A stretch of 64,000 nt of DNA from a virus: positions 1 to 64,000 of IMG/VR virus record IMGVR_UViG_3300008952_000015, one strand, 5' to 3'. The stretch's first letter is position 1. Each line of letters starts with the position of its first letter. Both the position numbers and the translations under genes were made by a program. Shown in pieces: positions 1-9,906 of the stretch. The notes beneath the pieces are model-generated. The model had not been told where the DNA came from. It saw only the letters and a list, made by a program, of their open reading frames with translations, and did not search any database.

Positions 1-1492
1 GCATATAAGCTATTCTACGGCGAAGCTCTGCTCTCTTTCTTAATCTTGACTCATTCATAATATCCTCCATTATTGAATTGATTGAAAAGTCGTCTACATA
101 ATCATTATCTAGATCATTAGCAACCTTAATACTGTGATTTTTCCCATTTGATTCAACCGTCACAGCTTCACCGCCAGACGGATTGTTAAGTGACGCTACT
201 CTAGGCATGCCTAAAATATCATCCTCTGACGAGAGAAAATCAGGACCATTCCCGTTATCCCCACCGCCTAACATATTAACCTGTGAATTAGAGGCTCCGG
301 CACTATATGCAGGAACCTCACCTGAGCCCCGAAGCCCTTCTGAATTTTCAGGAGAAGTAAACGACTCCTGAGAAACTTGTGGCCTGGAACTCATCTTCCC
401 ATCTTCATCTGTATCAACTAACTCTAACAAACTGCTTAAAACTCTTTTTGCGCTATCTGGAACATCAGGATCCCCTAAGGCCTTAGCCGCTTCTGCCGCA
501 GCTCTTAAGCGTTCCGATACACCAGATGGCTCTGCACCGACAGAATTGGCGCTCGAAGCATCCTCAGAATGAGAAGTCTTTAATAATGAATTATTTTGCA
601 AAAAACTTCTGACAATTCTTTTTCGTTCGGCAATCGAGCAGCCCGTATCTCCACAGGCCGTCTTCATTATGCCTTCCAAGTGTTGAGCTTGACCAAATGA
701 AAGCTTGCCCAGCATTTCATCTACGTTATCTACTCCATAATTTGAAAGCTCTTCCCTGTAGTCCTGCAAAGATGCAATGCATTTTAATAATACCGCACCG
801 GGCTCTGCAGGTTGAACTACAAGACTATATTCTATTGGTTTTAAACCGACATTTATTTCGCCATGAGCAAGCCTGTTATTTACGTGCTCACAATACTCTC
901 CCTGAGTCTGTGCTCTATTTCCACAATCCGAGCATATAGATGTTTCAACCGCCGTACCCATTGAGCCATATCTAACAAGTCCTGTTTCGACCTTTCTAGC
1001 TAAGTCAGGGTAGTTAACCTTGTCTAGAGCGCAAAGACCAATGATTTGCTTGAATTTCTCATCGTAATGTGCATCTAAAATAATTCCACGAATTCCGTCT
1101 ACAGAGCTTGACTCGTGATCACGACACAACGGCATGCCTATCCATTTTTTTGCAGCAATCTTCAGTTCTGACTCTGGAAAAATATCATTATTATTGTTTC
1201 TGTGAGGCTTTACATTCCCGTGCCATTTCCAGTTTTCATCAAAAAAGCCCCAAGCGCTATCTCCGCTTGAGGTTTTCTTTATGAGCCCGGACTCGTCTAG
1301 GGTAGCAGATTCTGCTGCTTTTAAAAATATTATAGAAAAATATAAAAAGTCGTCTGACCTAGGAGCAATGGCTTTAATGCCAGTAGCAAGCTTGGTCATT
1401 CTTTCTACCAATTTTGGATTTGCCGAAATCTCTGCAGAGGTATGCGTAGCAACGGCATCACTTTCTGGAGAGAAACATACTTTTTTAAACAT
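1..1492 (-). CDS. Prohead (capsid maturation) serine protease with C-terminal scaffold-like extension; 3' end lies beyond the left window edge
   Basis: Not in the ORF track because there is no stop inside the window. Manual translation from ATG at 1492: MFKKVCFSPES...HRNNNNDIFPESEL...WIGMPLCRDH...YGSMGTAVETSICSDCG...YCEHV...IEYSLVVQPAEPGA. This gives the His, Ser (GSMG) and E-x-S-x-V-x-x-PA pattern plus a CxxC...CxH Zn insert typical of phage prohead proteases. It lies downstream of terminase and portal. Confidence 0.85.
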   Translation of the reverse strand, partial: MFKKVCFSPESDAVATHTSAEISANPKLVERMTKLATGIKAIAPRSDDFLYFSIIFLKAAESATLDESGLIKKTSSGDSAWGFFDENWKWHGNVKPHRNNNNDIFPESELKIAAKKWIGMPLCRDHESSSVDGIRGIILDAHYDEKFKQIIGLCALDKVNYPDLARKVETGLVRYGSMGTAVETSICSDCGNRAQTQGEYCEHVNNRLAHGEINVGLKPIEYSLVVQPAEPGAVLLKCIASLQDYREELSNYGVDNVDEMLGKLSFGQAQHLEGIMKTACGDTGCSIAERKRIVRSFLQNNSLLKTSHSEDASSANSVGAEPSGVSERLRAAAEAAKALGDPDVPDSAKRVLSSLLELVDTDEDGKMSSRPQVSQESFTSPENSEGLRGSGEVPAYSAGASNSQVNMLGGGDNGNGPDFLSSEDDILGMPRVASLNNPSGGEAVTVESNGKNHSIKVANDLDNDYVDDFSINSIMEDIMNESRLRKRAELRRRIAYM

Positions 1493-1567
1493 TTATTAAA
1501 ACCCTTATACGAAACATCTTATATGAAACTTAGTGACAAACACATAAACTACAAATATTTATATAAA

Positions 1568-1575
1568 TATTAGTT
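1568..1575 (-). promoter_or_regulatory. Candidate late promoter motif AACTAATA upstream of the prohead protease
   Basis: The same WAYTAATW octamer recurs upstream of several structural-type genes (see findings). Confidence 0.45.
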
Positions 1576-1621
1576 TTTGCGTTTTTTGTGTAAAATTTTT
1601 TTGAATTACATAGTTTTTATG

Positions 1622-1798
1622 CTAAGTCTTGTCTTTTGGCTTATTTTTTTCATACTTAGATAATGCCTTGACTCTTCTATCTTTTTCGTCATCACCGTCC
1701 AAAAATAAGCATTCCTCATCAGCATAGCCGTCGACGATCTCTTCGCCGCTCTTTTTAACCATGATATTCTTTGTTTTGTCACTAAACTTTATAAACAT
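1622..1798 (-). CDS. Small hypothetical protein (58 aa, MFIKFSDKTKNIMVKKSGEE...)
   Basis: Manual translation, ATG 1798 to TAG 1622. Starts 2 nt after the stop of the upstream gene and is below the ORF-track size cutoff. Confidence 0.65.
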   Translation of the reverse strand: MFIKFSDKTKNIMVKKSGEEIVDGYADEECLFLDGDDEKDRRVKALSKYEKNKPKDKT

Positions 1799-1800
1799 AC

Positions 1801-4041
1801 CTACTCCGTAAGAACTAATATACCAAGAATATCAGAATTAATATAATCTTTTGCTCGGCCAAGAGTCATCACCGTATCTTCTATTGAAGATTCCGCCTTA
1901 CCTGTAAGCTCCTCTAGCTTGGCTGAAAAGTCATCTGTATCGATCAAGTTTATTAAACCTATGATTTCCTTTATTGATTCTGAAGAAACTTTTGCTGCTT
2001 CTGCCACAGCTCCTATTACCTCTGTTGTAGTTGAAATATCCTTTATTTCATTAAGCAACTGAATACTGCTTTTAATATTTAAAAGCATTCTTTTCGTTAG
2101 TCTGGAGTTCCTCTTACACGATTGATTATACTTTCCCTTGCTGGATGAAATTGCATCTATATTTCCTGAAATCTTATTATAAGCCTCTAAGTTTTTACTA
2201 AAATTATCCGCCAGCTGCTTGCAAAGATCTGATGATCTAGATATATACTTCAAGGCTTGTCTAGCCTTATCTTTTGTGCCATCAGGAACAGGCATCCCGC
2301 CCTCTTTTACAAAAGAATGAGAGTATAGATCCGATTCACCATACCTCTCAATTACGGCATTATATGCACTCCTGGATCCAAAATCTTCGGGGACCCGCAA
2401 CAGAGAAGAAGTGACGCTCACCCTTTTCCCAGATACTTTTTCTATAGCTTTTTCCAAAAATACTTCTATCAAATCTTTTTCCAAGTTTTTTCTCGAAACC
2501 ACTATAATATCAGAAGAGTTTTTTAAACATATCTTATCAAGAATTTTCTTGTGGTCAATGGAAAAGGACTCCGGCATAGATTTCTGGCCCACAAAGGAGT
2601 GGGTCTTATTCAGTTTTTTGTATATACCTTTTTGAAAGAAAGTAGACGCTGGCACGTCTATATAAGAGCTCTCTTTTATAGAAAATGTTTCGTTAAAAAT
2701 GCCACGATGAATTCTTCCATCAACCTCTGGGCTCTTACTAGAATACAGTCTTATCTCGCCTAATGAGCCCAAAAAAGAATCTATATCTATAGCCGTAGAT
2801 CTTTTCTCTAAAGCTATGTTTTTTGATGCAAACTTCTTTATAATATTAGAAGCAGATGGTGCATCGCCTCCCCCTATCCTTACGATGTTTTTTTCTGCAA
2901 CAGAATATGCAGCAGGCCCACTTGAGGCGGCATATTTGAATGCAACCCCGCTTATATCTAGATCAGAGAGAAGTGCTCCAACCTTTTCTATGTCACCAGA
3001 ATAGGTCTCGCCCCTAGTAAGATAGATCTTACCGCCCGTTTTTATATTCAAAAGATTACATAACCCTCCTGAAATTTCAAGAACATTAGAGATACCTGAT
3101 GCTCCAAAGACCTCCAAAGATCCGGGCTGAATGTTATTATAAATTTTCTTTATATTATCGTCTTTATCTATAAAAATGATATCTATAGGGTAGCTCACAC
3201 TTCCCATGTGAAACATAACATCTGTAGGCCGTTTGTAGGGAAAGACTAAACCACATTCTTTTTTTAGTCGAGAATAAACCTGTAAGCCATCCCTCTGCTC
3301 CCTAGGGGTGTCTGCTATATCACATAGAAATGACGCGACCTCGTTGGCGCTATTATCATAGTATCTTGCTATGGCAACCTTATTTATCTTAGCGCTCTTT
3401 ACGAGATATTTATTGTATAGTCCGGAGTGCTTGCCTAGTATATTAAATCCACCTCTTTCAATAATTTTATCTATAGCCACCTTGGGTGAAGACAAAATAA
3501 TTCCAGATCCATTAAAAGCGATCTGCTCAGACAGATTTTTTATAGAAAGCAGAGCCTCTTCTCTTGAGGCCCTAGATGCGTCTAGAACGAATCCATCTAG
3601 CCGAGTTTGAAAGCGATGAAACATTGGGCTCCCAGTATCCTTATGAACCCTTGACTCACCTCCTGTTGCGCCAGATACCTTATGAAGACTCACTATATTT
3701 ACTTCTTTGTCAAAAAAAGCTTTAGAGCATTCCAGCCCAGCGTCACCTAGAGTAGCTATGGTCATGTTGTCTTCAAGTGATGTGCGAACATGCTGAAGCA
3801 TATCTAGCAAAGCAGAAAGCTCTTCATCCTGCATGTCAGAAAACCTAGGCTCCACGATGTTTCGCATACCCTCGGCTCCGCTCTCTGGGCCTGTGCCTTC
3901 ATGAATATGCTTTACTGGAGTAAGCATATCATAGCCCTCATAAGCATCATTGGAAATATCTTTAAAAGAGTCTCCGCTAGGTGCCATTGAGCCCATCTCA
4001 CTCTCTGTTCGCCCTATCCATGGCCATGCTTCTTTTTTCAT
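1801..4041 (-). CDS. Multidomain head-cluster protein with a central DUF192 domain
   Basis: CDIADTPREQRDGL...GLVFPY...FHMGSVSYPIDIIFID...NVLEISGG matches the DUF192 signature. C-terminal coiled coil; K-x-A/G motifs flank the domains. Confidence 0.7.
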   Translation of the reverse strand: MKKEAWPWIGRTESEMGSMAPSGDSFKDISNDAYEGYDMLTPVKHIHEGTGPESGAEGMRNIVEPRFSDMQDEELSALLDMLQHVRTSLEDNMTIATLGDAGLECSKAFFDKEVNIVSLHKVSGATGGESRVHKDTGSPMFHRFQTRLDGFVLDASRASREEALLSIKNLSEQIAFNGSGIILSSPKVAIDKIIERGGFNILGKHSGLYNKYLVKSAKINKVAIARYYDNSANEVASFLCDIADTPREQRDGLQVYSRLKKECGLVFPYKRPTDVMFHMGSVSYPIDIIFIDKDDNIKKIYNNIQPGSLEVFGASGISNVLEISGGLCNLLNIKTGGKIYLTRGETYSGDIEKVGALLSDLDISGVAFKYAASSGPAAYSVAEKNIVRIGGGDAPSASNIIKKFASKNIALEKRSTAIDIDSFLGSLGEIRLYSSKSPEVDGRIHRGIFNETFSIKESSYIDVPASTFFQKGIYKKLNKTHSFVGQKSMPESFSIDHKKILDKICLKNSSDIIVVSRKNLEKDLIEVFLEKAIEKVSGKRVSVTSSLLRVPEDFGSRSAYNAVIERYGESDLYSHSFVKEGGMPVPDGTKDKARQALKYISRSSDLCKQLADNFSKNLEAYNKISGNIDAISSSKGKYNQSCKRNSRLTKRMLLNIKSSIQLLNEIKDISTTTEVIGAVAEAAKVSSESIKEIIGLINLIDTDDFSAKLEELTGKAESSIEDTVMTLGRAKDYINSDILGILVLTE

Positions 4042-4083
4042 CTCATCTCCTGATCTCTATTTGTTTAAAAAATAGCAGAATAA

Positions 4084-4383
4084 TCATAGTCTAATCATAA
4101 GCTCTTTAAGAACCGTGTTTATAAAATATGGATCCCTACCATTTAAAACATTTTTAACCAAACCAAGGCTAACTCCTATTGCGGCACCACCAGGGGCTTT
4201 CTTTGAAGATATCTCCACAACATTAAAATCATCAAGCCTAGATGACACGTTTTGGTAAGACCTCATCCTTGCGTCAGGCGACATTCTTGAGATCATAACC
4301 TTAATCATACCATGAAGCTGCTCAGCAACATATACTGGATTCTGCTCTAATAATTGAGAATATTTTTTTACCTTATCTGACAT
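4084..4383 (-). CDS. Hypothetical head-cluster protein
   Basis: ORF overlapping the upstream gene in an operon-like arrangement. Confidence 0.7.
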   Translation of the reverse strand: MSDKVKKYSQLLEQNPVYVAEQLHGMIKVMISRMSPDARMRSYQNVSSRLDDFNVVEISSKKAPGGAAIGVSLGLVKNVLNGRDPYFINTVLKELMIRL

Positions 4384-4918
4384 AATTCTCTGCCTTTGAC
4401 ACCGCCGCCTGATAAGCGTTTAGCTTAGCATTGCTTAATGCGACTCCACTATTAGCGCTAATAACCAAAACTCTATTAAATGTACTTACCAGCGTCATTA
4501 TCAGTTTGTTCTTATCTGCAACATCTGACTCTACAATCTTTATTAATAAATCTTTGAACAGCATAGAGTAATCAAGCTCTCTTTGCTCCGCAATCTTTTT
4601 TATCATAAAGTCTGCAAAATTAGCCATAACATGCTCACCTTCGCCGTCCATTTCGTCTGCAAGCATAACAAATAAATCTAATAATTTTTCCGAATCAACC
4701 TTCACCCTGGGGGTGAATCTTGGCGGAGGCAAAAGCTCCTTCTCTGGATCCGGATCATAAGCCGCCACGGGCTCTCCAGGCAGCGTAGGACCTCTTCCCA
4801 CTCCAAGGCCGGGCTCTGCACTTAGGCCCTCCTCTCCGGAAGATGTAGAGGGTATCTTCGTACACTTATCTGCTACCCTGCCCTCGGGAGCCCTAGACTG
4901 ATAGGCTATCTTCTTCAT
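4373..4918 (-). CDS. Hypothetical head-cluster protein carrying the repeated A-x2-LD-x2-G...K-x-A module
   Basis: N-terminus MKKIAY; internal LFVMLADEMDGEGEHVMANFADFMIKKIA. Confidence 0.7.
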   Translation of the reverse strand: MKKIAYQSRAPEGRVADKCTKIPSTSSGEEGLSAEPGLGVGRGPTLPGEPVAAYDPDPEKELLPPPRFTPRVKVDSEKLLDLFVMLADEMDGEGEHVMANFADFMIKKIAEQRELDYSMLFKDLLIKIVESDVADKNKLIMTLVSTFNRVLVISANSGVALSNAKLNAYQAAVSKAENYVR

Positions 4919-6432
4919 TTCTTTCGCCTTACCTTTCCGAACCCTTTCGAGGTAACTCTTTGAGCAAGCGACCTTCCCTTTATATTCTTAGGCCTAAACT
5001 TGTTTCCTTTAGAATCCTTAACCTTTCCTCCCATTATAACCAAATCTGACGGAGTAAAAAATACAGTTTCCCCACTTGGTGACCTTGCCTCATAATAAGG
5101 AGTTGTCTCTGTTGAGGCAGCTTTCTCAAGAGCCTTTAGCTGAGAGGCATTATCTATAAAGATGGGCACATTGCCATGTTTCGCAGAGACCCTCATAATC
5201 TCAACCCGCTCAGGAGTTCGCCCCTTCACTTCTCTTATGCCTTCTGGTCTAAAATAAATAGTTATTTCCGACCCACCAGAAACGCTTTCTCTTGTAACAT
5301 TATAAATAATTTTAGATAACTCTATGCCACTAGGAAGCGTAATCATGCCCTTATCTATAAAATGTCTAAGATAAGCCTCACCTGATCCGGAGGAATTAAC
5401 GTCATCTGCAGCCTCCCCCTTTATATATAACTTCACTACCGGCGTATCTTCACTATTTAATGCATGTTCATTTATATATATACCGTTTGCACCAGTTGGG
5501 TCCCTATGAACATACTGTCCTGGCCTGACTGCATGTATATAAATATTATCAGCAATAACCCTGTCTGCGGAAGCATCTTCGCCCTTGGACCCTTTGTCTG
5601 TGTCCTTGCTTTTTCCCAAATCTGAATTTAGGCCCTTCGTGTTATCAGAACTCTCCCTGAAGGCCTCTAGCACGCTCTTCCACTCTATCACTGCCTTGTA
5701 AAATCTTTTCAGTTCCGCAGCGTCTGCTTCCCGCTCCGCATTAAGGCCTTCATAATCAATCTTTGATCCCGATCCCAAAGATTGGTCAAACGAGGCAACC
5801 GCATCAAACTTCTCTCTTAAAATAGGTATGATTTGTTTGATTATCGTCTTGTAAGGACTCTTTTCGCTAAGGTTTGTAGTAGAAAGATCTTTTCCCTTAA
5901 ACTCAATCGCCATAGCCTCTATGTTCGTTATATCATTAAGTGGCCTTAGCCCTTCGGATAAAGATGGAATCTTGTCTATAATTTTAATAAATGGTTCAAA
6001 ATTTGAAAGATACAGCTGAATCGATGGAGCGATAATAACCTCGTTAAGCTTGTTTTTTGCTCTTAAGTTAATTTGCTCAGAAGCATCACTCCAATGACTA
6101 ACCTCTCTTATGCTCTTCTCTAATTCGCGGCTTGGCCTTATCATATTAATTGGAGCCGTAACTATTTCTGCTATATCATGAAACACTGAAGATGCATCTC
6201 TCTCAGAGGCAAAATCTGATAATGTGCCTTTTCTGATACCTTCTGATGCTGATTTCAGGGCAGACCTTAAAAGCTCAGCCGACTTCTCGTCTACTTCTAT
6301 TTTTTTTTCAGCACCTGATACACCAGGGCCTTCAGAATCTGCCGAGCCCGCGAGAGCAGCCTCTTCCTCCATCTCTCTCATCTCTTCAAGTTCAGCATCT
6401 GTGAACTCATTTGCATTAGATGTTTTTTTCAT
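4915..6432 (-). CDS. Hypothetical head-cluster protein
   Basis: 505-aa ORF directly downstream of portal; acidic N-terminus (MKKTS...), basic C-terminus. Confidence 0.7.
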   Translation of the reverse strand: MKKTSNANEFTDAELEEMREMEEEAALAGSADSEGPGVSGAEKKIEVDEKSAELLRSALKSASEGIRKGTLSDFASERDASSVFHDIAEIVTAPINMIRPSRELEKSIREVSHWSDASEQINLRAKNKLNEVIIAPSIQLYLSNFEPFIKIIDKIPSLSEGLRPLNDITNIEAMAIEFKGKDLSTTNLSEKSPYKTIIKQIIPILREKFDAVASFDQSLGSGSKIDYEGLNAEREADAAELKRFYKAVIEWKSVLEAFRESSDNTKGLNSDLGKSKDTDKGSKGEDASADRVIADNIYIHAVRPGQYVHRDPTGANGIYINEHALNSEDTPVVKLYIKGEAADDVNSSGSGEAYLRHFIDKGMITLPSGIELSKIIYNVTRESVSGGSEITIYFRPEGIREVKGRTPERVEIMRVSAKHGNVPIFIDNASQLKALEKAASTETTPYYEARSPSGETVFFTPSDLVIMGGKVKDSKGNKFRPKNIKGRSLAQRVTSKGFGKVRRKK

Positions 6433-6454
6433 ATCAATACTCGCCCCACATTAT

Positions 6455-8125
6455 CTAGCCGCCCCCCTCAGGGCCTCCCATTGAGCCTCCCATTGGGTCT
6501 CCCATGCCGCCGCCTTCCCCACCGGGCTCAACCCCAGGAATGGCAGCTTCGGCCGAAGAGGTCTCTCCAGGCGGCTCTGCTATAGCCTTGGCTGGATCAA
6601 CCCCCAAAAGCTCAGATAGCCGCATATTACCAAGCACCTGTTGCTCTTTTGCAAATACTTGCTCATCTATCATTTCTTCTCTGATTCTTCTTCGCTCTTC
6701 CTCATAGCTCAACCCAAGACTCCTATGGAGAGTCTGCAGAGATACCTGCTTATTTCCTACAAATTGGCCAATTGAGGTTATATAGTCTGCCATATCGTAT
6801 AGATTCATGTGATTAAAATCTATTGATGGAACAAGAAGCCTTTTTTCCCCATCTTTATATTCAAAAAAATCTTGAATCTCACATATTGGAGCAAATACTT
6901 TTCTTTCCAGCCATTTTTTCATCATATTTCTGAAAATATCATATCTTTGCCTAAGAACCTCAAGTCCCACGGAAGAGCTTGCATAAGTTGCGCTCTCCTG
7001 GTCCATCAAAGCCTTTGGGGTCATAAGCCCTGCGTATAAGTTTGTTACAATATGCTCAACGTCAGGCCCAACATCCATTGTGGCTCCAGAAAAGCCTACG
7101 CGCTCTATCTTGACCCCATTGTGTGTTACAATCTTAAAGTCTTTATCATACTGGGCTTCTTCTAGCAAGTTTTTAAAAGCCTCTATATCAGCCTGCGTTG
7201 GCCGGTATTCTCCCTCTCCGCCCATAGTAACCAGGGTAAGAGGGTTTATCATCCCATCTGCCTGAGCAAACTTTGATTCTCTAAGCTTATCGTAGAGCAT
7301 GAGATCCTTATACACGGATACCACAACAGAAGTTCCTCTTACATCATAGGGGGAGCTTAATAGCTTAAGGTGAGAAACATTAAACGCATCAAGCGGTATA
7401 TTTTGGCCCTTTTTTACATAGTCAATTATATGCTTTGGTATATATTTTCTCATAGATAAGTCAGATGGTGATGTCGAACTTATAATTCTCTGAAGATTGG
7501 CATCAGGTCTTAGTGATACCAGAGTGTGATTTCCTATCACAGACTTCTTTACATGTACATAATCTGGATTTAATATAGTAATCCGACTCCAAGTTCCAAG
7601 ACTCTCGTCAAGCTCTGCGTATGGAAAGGCCTCTCCCATCTTCCAGAACTCAAGAGCAGCGCCATACACTATTGAGTATAAATCAATTTTTTCTGCCATC
7701 TCCATAAAAAATTGCTGAACCTGCTTATTCTTGCATGTTATGTTTATCTTGCTAATGGGATAACTAGCGTGTAAGTTTATTGCGTTCCTAACAATCGGAT
7801 GAGTGTCATAAAATACCCTATTCCAGGCATTCATGGTCACCCTATCTCTTGGGAGATTTAAGTTAGCAAGCTGAAATAATGGAGAGTATATTTCTGGAGC
7901 CATCCTGTCCGTTGTCGAAGAAACAGAGGGTCCAGGCATAGGAGAAGCTATAGAGCCTGTTTTCCTAAAACCTGGGCTATGAGCAATTGCTCCATACTGC
8001 CCTGCAGATTCTCGCAAATCGGACTGCTTATTAACAGCGCTGGTTATCTCTGCGCGTCTAACGTCAGATAAAGATCCTGCGGCTTTCTTGGAAATATCTG
8101 TATTCGGCTTACCAGTTCTTTTCAT
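6455..8125 (-). CDS. Portal protein
   Basis: Immediately follows the terminase. YDTHPIVRNAINLH, GEAFPY, ILNPDYV, SPYDVRGTS and an acidic Gly/Pro-rich tail are typical of large-phage portals. Confidence 0.85.
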   Translation of the reverse strand: MKRTGKPNTDISKKAAGSLSDVRRAEITSAVNKQSDLRESAGQYGAIAHSPGFRKTGSIASPMPGPSVSSTTDRMAPEIYSPLFQLANLNLPRDRVTMNAWNRVFYDTHPIVRNAINLHASYPISKINITCKNKQVQQFFMEMAEKIDLYSIVYGAALEFWKMGEAFPYAELDESLGTWSRITILNPDYVHVKKSVIGNHTLVSLRPDANLQRIISSTSPSDLSMRKYIPKHIIDYVKKGQNIPLDAFNVSHLKLLSSPYDVRGTSVVVSVYKDLMLYDKLRESKFAQADGMINPLTLVTMGGEGEYRPTQADIEAFKNLLEEAQYDKDFKIVTHNGVKIERVGFSGATMDVGPDVEHIVTNLYAGLMTPKALMDQESATYASSSVGLEVLRQRYDIFRNMMKKWLERKVFAPICEIQDFFEYKDGEKRLLVPSIDFNHMNLYDMADYITSIGQFVGNKQVSLQTLHRSLGLSYEEERRRIREEMIDEQVFAKEQQVLGNMRLSELLGVDPAKAIAEPPGETSSAEAAIPGVEPGGEGGGMGDPMGGSMGGPEGGG

Positions 8126-8128
8126 TTT

Positions 8129-9904
8129 CTATATCCTCCGTTTTACCCTAGCCAACGTTGATTGCAAATATTCGCTCTTTCTATCTAAACCAGGTTTAAT
8201 AGTAAATCCTTTAGTTAAATCAAATTTATATGCCATATAAGCATACATCAGGGCCATAAGTCCATCATTTGGAGCCGATCCTTTAACAAATGTCTTGAGC
8301 GGCTGCCCCCCCGATATCCTTACTTTTGACTCCATAGAAGTGCAGTGATCAATTAACCACTCAACATACTCGTAGCTTTTCCATGGAAATCTTATTTTAC
8401 CCTTTCTGAACAAATCAAACAGCTCCTCTATCAAAAGATCTTTATTATAAGAAACGATGAGCTCGTCTTCTCGATATTTTATGGGCTTTATTAAACTACC
8501 ACTTCCTTGTGCTCCCAAGAACTTTTCTCCGTAAATACCCTGCAGGTCATGCACCACATCTTGTCCGAAGAACCAATCGGAAACTCCCCTTTTAACCCCG
8601 AACCTTCTGTACATCTCCTTTATAGTGTCTTTTTTGAATGAAAAATTATTCTTCTTAAGTTTATGAGCATGCTCAACTGTAAGCGTTCCATCTGGCTGCG
8701 CAGAAACTACCACTACGCAAGAGTAGGACTGGCCGCCCTTTGCATTTGGATCATCTTCTTTTCCGCCCCAATCAACGCCAAGGTAAACATCCCTGTCCAT
8801 TGGGTTTATACTTTTTGCGAAACTTCTATCTTGATCCCTACACTTATTGTAGACTTCTGCCTTAGTAAGAGGAGATCCGGCTCCAGAATAAAACTCTCCC
8901 ACTACTTCATTTTGCCAAATCCGCTCTGTTTGAGCCGGATTATTCTCAGGCATAAGCTTATCTATATTCTCTCTAGTAAAGTAAGGAATATATAATTGAT
9001 TTATATGAAAGCCAACAAAGCTGCAGTTATTCGGATTTCCCGTAGAAACCCATCTCCCCATCTCTATAGCCTCAACCTTCTTCTGCTTAGTGCCACATTG
9101 AGGACACTGAACAGTATTTTCATAAAGCCATATAGACTTCCACCTATCATCTCCTGGCAAGTAAAATGGATAGGTTTTTTTACAGTTTATGCAGCCCAAA
9201 TGATAATATCTTTGATCTGACATATCCCAAATCGTAGAAAAATAAGAACCCTTGTTCTTAGGGGTTCCGAAATATACCTGAACGCCCTGGCCAACCGGTC
9301 CATATTTTGCCGCTGTCAATATCTTTGTTGCGTTACCGATTGCATGCCCGAACATATCTTGAACTTCATCGAAGAATACAATATCCGCAGTCATACCACG
9401 AATCCTATCTCCATCTGAACCAAGGCTGTCTATCCACAGGGTTCCTGTTTGAAACTGCTTCATCGTTAGATTATCTACAGAGTTTTGACTAATAAGTTTG
9501 TTTTTATTTATGAAATCTTCTTTAGCAGTTCTTACTAAGGTCTCAAGCTTATCTTGTGAAAACTTTTTAACCTGTCCTAGGGCAGGAAATAGGTGTACAA
9601 CTCTAACGTTTGGATCGCAAAAAAGACCGCTGTTAGTAAAGAATAGGTCCAAGGCTCCGGCCATAACCGTAGCACCAACCTGCCGGCCCTTTTTGATAAC
9701 CACAGGCTTTCCATCTTTTCTTGTAGCCTGAAGGGCTATATGACGATAAATTTCCGCCATAAACTTCCAGCCGTTATCAAGAACCTGAAAGTCAGCTCCA
9801 TCTAGAGTTAAGTTGTTTTGAACGAAATGAGCTGGATCAAAGTCTAGAAAACCAGTTTTGAGCTGCTCAAAAAGCTTTTCGTTTGTTTTCTTTTCTTTTG
9901 ACAT
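8129..9904 (-). CDS. terL: Terminase large subunit (lambda gpA-like ATPase plus RNase H-like nuclease)
   Basis: KKGRQVGAT deviant Walker A, RIRGMTADIVFFDE Walker B, FGTP coupling motif, SDQRYY..CxxC..CxxC, GFHINQL, LGVDWG and NDGLMA nuclease motifs. Confidence 0.92.
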   Translation of the reverse strand: MSKEKKTNEKLFEQLKTGFLDFDPAHFVQNNLTLDGADFQVLDNGWKFMAEIYRHIALQATRKDGKPVVIKKGRQVGATVMAGALDLFFTNSGLFCDPNVRVVHLFPALGQVKKFSQDKLETLVRTAKEDFINKNKLISQNSVDNLTMKQFQTGTLWIDSLGSDGDRIRGMTADIVFFDEVQDMFGHAIGNATKILTAAKYGPVGQGVQVYFGTPKNKGSYFSTIWDMSDQRYYHLGCINCKKTYPFYLPGDDRWKSIWLYENTVQCPQCGTKQKKVEAIEMGRWVSTGNPNNCSFVGFHINQLYIPYFTRENIDKLMPENNPAQTERIWQNEVVGEFYSGAGSPLTKAEVYNKCRDQDRSFAKSINPMDRDVYLGVDWGGKEDDPNAKGGQSYSCVVVVSAQPDGTLTVEHAHKLKKNNFSFKKDTIKEMYRRFGVKRGVSDWFFGQDVVHDLQGIYGEKFLGAQGSGSLIKPIKYREDELIVSYNKDLLIEELFDLFRKGKIRFPWKSYEYVEWLIDHCTSMESKVRISGGQPLKTFVKGSAPNDGLMALMYAYMAYKFDLTKGFTIKPGLDRKSEYLQSTLARVKRRI

Positions 9905-9906
9905 TC

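Noticed and set aside
9665-9695. Terminase Walker A lacking the usual GK(T/S) lysine, suggesting inactivation
   Set aside because: It matches the lambda gpA-type deviant Walker A with Lys at the start, and all other motifs are intact.
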